The translations under genes and the position numbers were made by a program. Of a stretch of 64,000 bases of DNA, positions 54,118 to 64,000 are shown in pieces. Position 1 is the first letter of the stretch, and each line of letters starts with the position of its first letter. Where the stretch lies: assembly GCF_009914755.1 (NCBI RefSeq), contig NC_060926.1; one strand, given 5' to 3'. The notes under the pieces were generated by a model. The model ran no database searches and was not told the DNA's origin. It was given only the letters and a program-made list of their open reading frames with translations. The DNA comes from the human T2T-CHM13v2.0 reference genome, Homo sapiens.

Positions 54118-55046
54118 TGTCAGCTGACACAAGGTTAAGCTATGCTAGTAGAGTGTGCAGAAGAGATATTGCAGGAGAAAGGGGTTTGCTCTCTGATTCC
54201 AGTGAGCCCTCTTGGCAGGCTCCTGCAGTGTGGGCAGCTTCTCCAGTGTCTAGCTTATGCAGAGTGCAAAGCTTCTCTAGTGCCCAGCTCCTACAGTAGG
54301 GGTGACTCCTTAAGCATCTAGTTCTTGCAGTAAATACAGCTTATTTAGTGCCTGGCTTCTACAGTGCACCGTGGTCGTCAGCTTCCCCTAGAACCCTTTG
54401 TGTTCTTTTGTAGCAGAATCTCTCTGGTGAGGCATGTCCCTATGAACAGCTCTCCCTGACACCCTAGAGCGAGGATTTTCAGCAAGTTCCACTGGCATGG
54501 CACCTCAGTGATCTCTCAGTCACTCTGTGAGCCACAGCCATGCCCTCCAACAATGTCTTGACTTGTTCAGGCTGTTACATCAAAATACCATAGAGTGGAT
54601 GGCTTATAAACAACAGAAATTTATCAAGTTCTGGAGGCTGGAAGTTTGAGATCAGAGAGCCAGCATGGTCAGTTCCTAGTAAAGGCCTTCTTCCAACAAG
54701 AAGGCTGCTGACTTCTTCTTGTATCCTCACATGGAGAACTCTCTGGGGTCCCTTTTATAAGGGCTTTAATCTCAATCATGAGGGCTCCACTCTGACCTAA
54801 TCACCCCCCAAAGGCCTCACCAAACAAGGTCTGGATCTCAACCTTGAGTGCAGGGAGCTTTTTCTTGGGTGTTCTAGCTCAGCTCTAGGGATAGTGGCTC
54901 CTTGTATCTGCTATTTTTATATTATTTAGCACTCTCTTCACTTCTTACTAGCCAATCTTTTGCTACTGTAGTCTCTCCCTATAATTAACAACTCTTTATA
55001 TTAAACTTTCCCTTGTCCAAATTACCGTGTGGACTCTGTCTCATGA
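54118..55046 (+). mobile_element. LTR33-family (ERVL) LTR interrupted by MLT1A0
   Basis: tgtcagctgacacaaggttaagctatgc...tatattaaactttcccttgtccaaattaccgtgtggactctgtctc. Confidence 0.6.
54554..54822 (-). mobile_element. MLT1A0 LTR, internally deleted
   Basis: tgtcttgacttgttcaggctg...ggcttataaacaacagaaattt...; perfect TSD aacaa. Confidence 0.8.
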
Positions 55047-55224
55047 ATGAACCCAAACTGAGCTACCCCCAAGCATTCAGCAGCTTTTCCATTTATGTTG
55101 GTGTCATTCAGATAGGACATCTCTACCCATTCCAGACAAGCCATCTCTACCTGTCCCTACCCAGAAATCAGAGACGTGTTTCTATCTATGTACAGGTCTC
55201 TTGATTCAAGTAAAGTGTTAATTA

Positions 55225-55365
55225 TCCAACCTCATTTAATAGATAACTGAGAACAAGAAAAGCTGTATGGTTTCCTTATGATCACATAGCCAGTTAATTA
55301 TGGAGCTGGGATCAGAACCCTGGTATTCTGACTCCTAACCCAATGTTCTTTCCTCTCTGCCATGC
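55225..55365 (-). mobile_element. MIR
   Basis: atcacatagccagttaattatggagctgggatcagaaccc...tctgactcc. Confidence 0.6.
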
Positions 55366-56080
55366 TGGCATTTTTCACTAAAAATATTAATTAAGCCACT
55401 GTTTATGGGGGGCGGAGCAAGTTGGCTAAACAGAAGCCTCCACTGACTGCCCCCAAAGGAACACAAAATTTTAACAACTAAGTACAAACAAAAATGCACT
55501 GTCATAAGAACCAAAAGTCAGGTGAGGAGTCACAGTACCTGGATTTAACTTTATATCATTGAAAGAGGCACTGAAGAGGGTAGGACACAGTCTTGAATCA
55601 CTGATGCCACCTCTTCCCTATTCCCCAGAGCTGCTACATGGCATGGAGAGGGAATCTGAGCACTTTAGGGAGGGAGAGCACAGTGACTGTAGGACTTGAT
55701 ATTGAAGTCAGTGCTGTTCTGCCATGGCAGAGAGCAAAGCTGAGCTGGGCTCAGCCATTGCCTGCCCACAGAGAGATCATTTGGATCAGCCTTAGCCGGA
55801 GGGGGATCATCCATCCCAGTGGTTGGGACTTGAGTTTCTCTGCAAGCCTCATCACCAAGGGCTAAAGTGCTCTGGAGTACTAGGTAAAATTAAAAGGCAG
55901 TCAGGGACACAAATACTGCATTTCCTAGGCAAGTCCTAATGCTGGGCTAGGATTAGAGCCAGTGGACTAGGGCGGCACGTGACCTAGGGAGACATCAGCT
56001 GGGGTGGCTAAGGGAGTGCAAGCATCATCCCTCCCACAACCCCAGGCAGTGCAACTCGCAGCAACAAAAGTGACTCCTTC

Positions 56081-56381
<301 letters not shown>

Positions 56382-57438
56382 CTACTTCCTTCTATTTAAG
56401 GAGAAGAAAGCTAAGAGGAAAGTGGACTTTGGCTTGTATCTTGACTACCAGTTCAGCCACAATAAGATAGGACACTGGGCAGAGTTATGAGTTCCCCAGA
56501 CAACATTTCTATATACACCCTGGACTAGAAGGGAACCCACTGCCTTGAGAAGAACCAAGTCCTGGCAGGATTCATCATCTACTGACTAAAGAGCCCTTCA
56601 GCCCCAAATAACTAAAAGTGACACTAAGGTAGTATGCAGTGGGTCTTGGGTGAGAGTGTGAGATATGCTGGTTACAGGTGAGACCCAGCACGTTCCCAGC
56701 TGCAGCGACTACTATGAAAGACTCCTTCTGCTTGAGAAAAGCAGAGGGAAAAGTAAAAGGAACTTTGTCTTACACCTTAGGTACGTATTTGGCTACAGTA
56801 GAGTAGAATATCAGGTGGGCTCTTGGGGACCCTGAGTCTAGGCCTTGGTTCTTGGACAGCTTTTCTGGACCTGCCCTGGGCCAGAGGAGAGCCCACTGCC
56901 CTGAAGTATGAGTCACAGGCCTAGCAGCATTCCCCACAAGCTGACTGAAGAGCCATTCGGCTTTACGTGAATATTGGTGGTGGCATGGCAGAACTCCCTG
57001 CAAGCCAGTGGTGGTGGTGGCCACTGGGAGAGCCTCCTCTGCCAGTGGAAAAGGGAGGGAAGAACAGGAAAGACTTTGTTTTGTGGTTTGAGGGCCAGCT
57101 TAACCACAGCAGAATAAAACATCAGGTAGATTTCTAGGTTTTTTTACTCCAATCTCTGGCTTCTAGACAGCATCTCTGTACCTGCCAAGGGTCTGGGGAA
57201 ACTTGCTGCCCTAACAGAAAAGACACAAACCTGACTATCTTCCCATCTGCAGACTGTAGAACCCTAGGGCCTTGAGTGAACACAGGCAGTAGCCAAATAG
57301 TGGTTACAGTGGGCCTTAGGCAATACCCAGTGCTGTGCTGGCTTCAGGTCCAACCCAGCACCGTCCCAGTGGTGGTGGCCACAGGGCTCCTGGCATCACT
57401 CCAACCTCAGCTCTGGGCAGCTCAGCACACAGAGAGAA

Positions 57439-57440
<2 letters not shown>

Positions 57441-57476
<36 letters not shown>
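57441..57476. repeat. (GACA)n microsatellite
   Basis: Direct reading. Confidence 0.93.
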
Positions 57477-58691
57477 TCCATTTATTTGGGAGAAAATCAG
57501 GGAAGAGAACAAGAATTCTGCCTGGCAATTCAGAGAATTCTTCTAGATTTTATCCAAGAACACCAAGGTGGTAACTCAATGAGTCTATAAGAACCACAGC
57601 ATTATTGATCATGGGACACAAGTCCCTTCAAATACCTGGAAAGCCTTTCCAAGAAAGATGGGCACAAACAAGCCCAGACTGTGTAGACTACAATGAGTAC
57701 CTAAATTTTCAATGCCCAGGCACTGATGAACACCCCCAAGTATCAAGACCATCCAGGAAAACTTGACTTCACCAAACTAAATAAGGTACCATGGACCAAT
57801 CCTGGAAAAACAGAGATATGTGATCTTTCAGACAGAGAATTCAAAATAGCTGTTTTGAGGAAGCTCAAAGAAATTCAAGGTAACAAAGAGAAGGAATTCA
57901 GAATTCCATCAGATAAATTTAACAAAGAGATTGAACTAATTAAAAAGAATTGAGCTGAAACTCTGGAGCTGAAAAATGCAACTGACATGCTAAAACAATG
58001 CATCAGAGTTCCTTAAGAGTATAATTAATCAAGCAGAAGAAAGAATTAGTGAGCTTGAAGACAGGCTGTTTGAAAATGTATAGTCAAAAGAGACAAAAGA
58101 AAAAAGAATAAACAAAAATGAAGCATCCCTACAAGATCTAGAAAACAGCCTCAAAAGGGCAAATCTAAGAGTATTGATCTTAAAGAGAAGGCAGAGAAAA
58201 AGATAGGAGTAGAAAGTTTATTCAAAGGGATAATATCAAAGAACTTCCAAAATGTAGAGAAAGATATCAGCATTCAAATACAAAAAGGTGATAGAACACC
58301 AAGCAGATTTAACTCAAGGAAGACTACCTCAAGGCATTTAATAATCAAACTCCCAAAGATCAAGGATAAAGAAAGGATCCTAAAAACAGCAAGAGAAAAG
58401 AAACAACATACAAAGGAGCTCCAATACATCTGGCAGCAGACTTTTCAGTAGAAACTTTATAGGCCAGGAGAGAGTGGCATGACATATTTAAAGTGCTGAA
58501 GGAAACAAACTTTTACCCTAGAACATATCCAATGAAAATATCCTTCAAGCATGAAAGAGAAATAAAGACTTTCCTAGACAAACAACAGCTGAGGGATTTT
58601 ATCAACACCAGATCTTTCCTACAGCAAATGCTAAAGGGAGTTCTTCAAACTGAAAAGAAAGATGCCAACAAACAAGAAGAAATCCTTTGAG

Positions 58692-59010
58692 GGCCAGGTA
58701 TAGTGGCTGACGTCTGTAATTCCAGCATTTTGGGAGACCAGTGCGGGAGGGTAGCTTAAGCTTGGAAGCTTGAGACCAGCTTGGGCAATGTAGTGAGACC
58801 TTGTCTCTCCAAATTTTTATTTAAAAATTAGCTGGGTGTGGTGGCATGCACTTGTAGTCTCAGCTACTTGGGAAGCTGAGGAGGGAAAATCACTTGAGCT
58901 GGGATGCAGAGGTTTCAGTGAGCCAAGATTGTGCCACTGCATTCCAGCCAAGGTGACAGAGTGAGACCCTGTCTCAAAACAAACAAACAAAATCCAAACA
59001 GAAAAGAAAG
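58692..59010 (+). mobile_element. AluJ within L1
   Basis: Diverged dimer with J-type gggagggtagcttaagcttggaagcttgag and an A-rich tail. Confidence 0.9.
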
Positions 59011-59486
59011 AAAATACATCATCTGAAGATAGAAAACTCACTGGTAATAGCAAGCACACAGAAAAGCACAGAATATTATAAAACTGTAATTGTGATGTGT
59101 TTACTATTCTTAAGTAGAAAGACTAAATGGTGAACCAGTGAAAAATAATAGCTATAACACCTTTTCAAGACATAGACATTTCAATAAGACATAAAGAGAA
59201 GAAAATAAAAAGTTAAAAAGCTGGGGGATAAAGTTAAAGTGTAGAGTTTTTATTAGTTTTTTTGTTGCTTGTTTATTTGTTTACTTATGCAATCAGTGTT
59301 AAGTTGACATCACTTTAAAACAACGGGTTATATGACAGTATTTACAGGCTTCATGATAACTTCAAATTTAAAAACATAGTATAGATATACAAAAAATAAA
59401 AAGCAAGTAATTAAATCATACACCAGAGAAAATCACCTTTAGTCAAAGAAAGACAGGAAGGAAGGAAAGAAGGAATAGAAGACCTT

Positions 59487-59489
<3 letters not shown>

Positions 59490-59536
<47 letters not shown>
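59490..59536. repeat. (CA)n microsatellite
   Basis: Direct reading. Confidence 0.95.
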
Positions 59537-59540
<4 letters not shown>

Positions 59541-62500
59541 AATAACAAAGAGGCAGTAGTAAGTCCTTATTTATCAATAATAGCATTGATTGCAAATGGA
59601 CCAGACTCTCTAATGAAAAGACAGGGTGACTGAGAGAATTTTTTTTTTTTTTTTAAAAGACCAATTGACCTGTTGCCTACAAAAAAGGCACTTCACCTAT
59701 AAACACATACATAGACTGCAAATAAAGGGCTGGAAAAAGACATTCGATGCAAATGGAAACCAAAAAAAGAGCAGGAGTGGCAATACTTATATGAGACAAA
59801 ATAGATTTTAAGAAAAAGACTGTAAGAAGACACAAGGAAAGTCATTACATAATGAAAAAATGGTCAGTTCAGCAAGAGAAAATAACAATTATAAATATAT
59901 ATGCACCCAAAATTGAAGTACCCAGATATAAAGCAAATATTATTTGAGCTAAGGAGAGAGATAGACCCCAATACAGTAATAGCTGAAGATTTCAACACCC
60001 CACTTTCAGCATTGGACAGATCTTTCAGAAAGAAAATTAACAAAGAAACATTGGATTTAATCTGTACTGTAGAACAAATGGACCTAAGAGATATTTATAT
60101 TAGGGAATAGTATAAATGTAAATGTTCTAAGAGAACATTTTTAGTGTAATAAAAATGTGAATGTTTTAAGAGAACATTTTAGCCAATGGCTGCAGAATAC
60201 ACATTTTTCTCCTCAGCATATCGATAAGGATAGACCATATGTTAGGTCACAAAATAAGTCTTAAAACATTAAAAAAACTGAAATAATACCAAGCATCTTC
60301 TCTGACCACCATGGAATAGAACTAGAAATCAATATCAAGTTGAATTTTGACAACTGCACAAATACATGGAATTTAAACAATATGCTCCTGAATGACCATT
60401 GGGTCAATGAAGAAATTAGGAAGGAAATTGAAAAATTTCTTGAAACAAATGATCATAGAAATACAACATACCAAAACCTATGGGATACAGTGAAAGCAGT
60501 ATGAAGAGGAGAATTTATAGCTATAAGCACTTACATCAGAAAAGAAGAAAATATTCAAATAAACAACCTAATGATGCATCTTAAAAAATTAGAAAATCAA
60601 GAGCAAACTAAACCCAAAATTATTAGAAGAAAAGAAATAATAAAGATCAGAGCAGAAATAAATAAAAATGAAATGAAGAAAATAATAAAAAAGATCAACA
60701 AAATGAAAAGATTTTTTGAAAAGATAAATTGAGAAACCTTTAGCAAGACTATCTAAGAAAAAAAGACACAAATAAATAAAATCAGATATGAAAAAGGAGA
60801 CATTACAACTGATTCCACTGGAATTCAAAGGATCACTAGTGGCTATTATGAGCAACTATATGTCAATAAATTGGAAAATCTGGAAGAAATAGATAAATTC
60901 ATAGACATATACCACCTAACAAGATTGAACTATGAAGAAATCCAAAACCTGAACAGACCAATAACAACAAGATCGAAGTTGTAATACAAATTATCCCAAT
61001 AAAGAAAAGCCCAGGACCCGATGGCTTCACTGCTGAGTTTTATCAAACATTTAAAGAAGAACTAATACCAACTTTATTCAAACTATTCTAAAAAATAAAA
61101 GAGTAGAGAATACTTCCAAACTTATTCCATGAGGCCACTATTACCCTCATACCAGAACCAGACAAAGACACATCTAAAAAAGAAAACTATAGACCAATAT
61201 TTCTGATGACTATTGATCAAAAATCTTCAACAAAATACTAGCAAACCAAATTCAACAATACAGTTAAAAGACTGTTCATCATGACCAAGTGGGATTTACC
61301 ATAGGGATGCAAGGATGGTTCAACATATGCAAATCAGTCAATGTGTACATCATATCAACAGAATGAAGGATGAAAATCATATGATTATGTCAATTGATGC
61401 TGAAAACAGATTTAATAGAATTCAATATTGCTTTATGATAAAAATTCTCAAAAAACTGGGTATAAGAGAAACATACCTCAACACAATAAAAGCCATATGT
61501 GAAAGACTCACAGCTAGTATAATCCTGAATGTGGAAAAGCTGAAAGCCTTTCCTCTAAGATCTGAAACACGTCAAAGATGCCTGCTTTCACCACTGTTAT
61601 TCAACATAGTACTAGAAGTCCTAGCTATAGTGATCAGAGAAGAGAAAGATATAAAGGGCATCCAAATTGAAAAGAAAGAAGTAAAATTATTCTTGTTTGC
61701 AGATGATATGATCTTATATTTGGAAAAACCTAAAAACTCCACAAGGAAACTATTAGAACTGATTAACAAATTCAGTAAAGTTGCAGGATACATAATCAAC
61801 ATACGAAAATCAGTAGCATTTCTATATGCCAACAGTGAACAATGTGAAAAAGAAACAAAAAAGTAATCTTATTTACAACAGCCACACATAAAATTAAATA
61901 CCTAGGAATTAACCAAAGAAGTAAAAGATCTCTATAATGAAAACTAAACATTGATGAAAGAAATTTAAGAGGACACTAAAAAATGGAAAAATATTCCGTT
62001 TCATAGATCGGAAGAATCAATATTGTTAAATGTCCATACTATCTAAAGCAATCCCTATCAAAATACCAATGACATTCTTCACATAAATAGAAAAAAACAA
62101 TCCTAGAACTTATATGAAACCACAAAAGACTCAAAACAGCCAAGGCTATCCTGAACAAAAAGAACAAAACTGGAGGAATCACATTACCCGACTTCAAATT
62201 ATACTACAGAGCTATCATAACCAAAACAGCATGGTACTGCCATAAAAACAGACACATAGACCAATGGAACAGAATAAAGAACCCAGAAACTAATCCATAC
62301 ACTTACAGTGAACTCATTTTCGACAAAGGTGCCAAGAACGTACATTGATGACAAGACAGTCTCTTTAAGGTGCTGGGAAAACTGGATATCCATAGGCAGA
62401 AGAATAAAACTAGACCCTTATGTCTCACCATATATAAAAATCAAATCAAAATGGATTAAAGACTTAAATCGAAGACCTAAAACTATAAAACTGCTACAAG

Positions 62501-63697
62501 AAAACATTGGGAAACATTGGATTGGCTAAAAATTTCTTGAGTAATAAACTACAAGCACAGGCAACCAAAGCAAAAATGGACAAATGGGATCACATCAAGT
62601 TAAAACTTCTGCACAACAAAGGAAACAATCAACAAAGTGCATGAGACAACCCACAGAATAAGAGGGAGAAAATACTTATAAACTACCTATCTGACAAGGG
62701 ATTAATAACCAGAATGCATAAAGAGCTCAAAACAGCTCTATAGGAAGAAATCTAGTATTCCAATGAAAACATGGGCAAAAGATCTAAATGGACATTTCGC
62801 AAAAGAAGAGATACAAATAGCAAACAGGCATATGAAAAAATGCTCAACATCATTGATCATCAGAGAAATGCAAATCAAAACTACAATGAGATATCATCCC
62901 ACCCCAATAAAAATGGCTTTTATTCAAATGACAGCTAATAACAAATGCTAGGAAGGATATGGAGAAAAGGAAACCCTTGTACACTGTTGGTGAGAATGTA
63001 AAGTAGTACGACCACTATGGAGAAGTTTGGTGTTTCCTCAGAAAACAGTAAAATAGAGTCACCATATGATCCAGCAATCCCACTGCTGGGTATATTCTCA
63101 AAAGAAAAGAAATCAGTATATTGAAGAAAGATTTGTACTCCTGTGTTTGTTGCAGCTGTGTTCACAACAGCCAAGATTTGGAAGCAACCTATGTGTCCAT
63201 CAACAGATGAATGGATGAATGAATGTGATACACAGACACAATGGAGTACTATTTAGCCATAAAAAGAATAAGAGCTTGTCATTTGCAACAACATGGATGG
63301 AACTGGCAATCATTACATTGAGTGAAATAAGCCAGGCACAGAAAGACAAACATCACACTTCACTTATTTGTGGGAGATACAAATGAAAACGATTGTATTT
63401 GTGAAGATAGAGAGTAGAAGATGGTTACCAGAGGCTGGGAAGAGTAGCAGGGGGATGGGAGTGGGGATGTGGGGATTATTAATGGGTACAAAAAGTAGTT
63501 AGAAAGAATAAAGAAGACCTAGTATTTGACAGCACAACAGGGTGAATATAATCATAATGACTGCACATTTTAAAATAATGAAAAGAGTAGAATTGGATTG
63601 TAACACAAAGGAGAAATGTTTGAGGGGATGGATACCCCGTTTACCCTGATGTGGTTATTGCATGTTGCATGCCTGTACCAAAGTATCTCATGTACCC

Positions 63698-64000
63698 TGA
63701 TATGGTGTGGTTCTGCATCTCCACCCAAATCTCACCTCGAATTGTAATAATCCCCACATGTCAAAAGTGGGACCAGGTGGTGATAATTGAATCATGGGGG
63801 CAGTTTCCCATATACTGTTTTCATGACAGTGAGTCCTCATGAGATCAGATGGTTTTATAAGAGGCTTCCCCCTTCGCTCAGCATTCATTCTCTCTCCTGA
63901 CACCATGTGAAGAGGTGCCTTCTGCCATGATTGTAAGTTTCCTGAGGCCTCCCCAGCCATGTGGAACTGTGAGTCAATTAAATATCTTTCCTTTATAAAT
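63698..64000 (+). mobile_element. THE1C-like LTR inserted in the L1 3'UTR, runs off the window
   Basis: tgatatggtgtgg...gataattgaatcatgggggcagtttcc...gaggcctccccagccatgtggaactgtgagtcaattaaa. Confidence 0.88.

Noticed and set aside
61315-61866. 183-aa reverse transcriptase ORF as an active or novel RT system
   Set aside because: It is a fragment of decayed L1 ORF2 surrounded by stops and frameshifts.

Overview
Primate (human-like) repeat-rich genomic DNA. It carries AluJ/S/Y, L1PA/L1M, THE1/MST/MLT1 and MER elements, and I found no intact protein-coding gene. The main non-TE feature is a processed pseudogene of PTP4A1 (PRL-1 phosphatase, ~48266-52205, +) with 5'UTR, frameshifted CDS, 3'UTR and poly(A). 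It is interrupted in its 5'UTR by an antisense L1PA6-8 insertion with a perfect 15-bp TSD. That L1 has an unusual inversion: 48 nt from the extreme L1 5'UTR are joined to late ORF2. Other large features are a two-LTR THE1A element (11571-13790, -), a near-full-length ancient L1MA (55407-63697, +), and a nested L1MC4/MLT1C/MLT1B/AluY cluster containing a locally templated duplication. Smaller signals are a well-spaced CTCF motif with upstream module, a 27-bp triplication carrying D-box motifs, a 32-bp perfect RY palindrome and a foldback repair scar. Subfamily calls come from recalled consensus sequences, not database searches. I found no convincing previously undescribed biological system.
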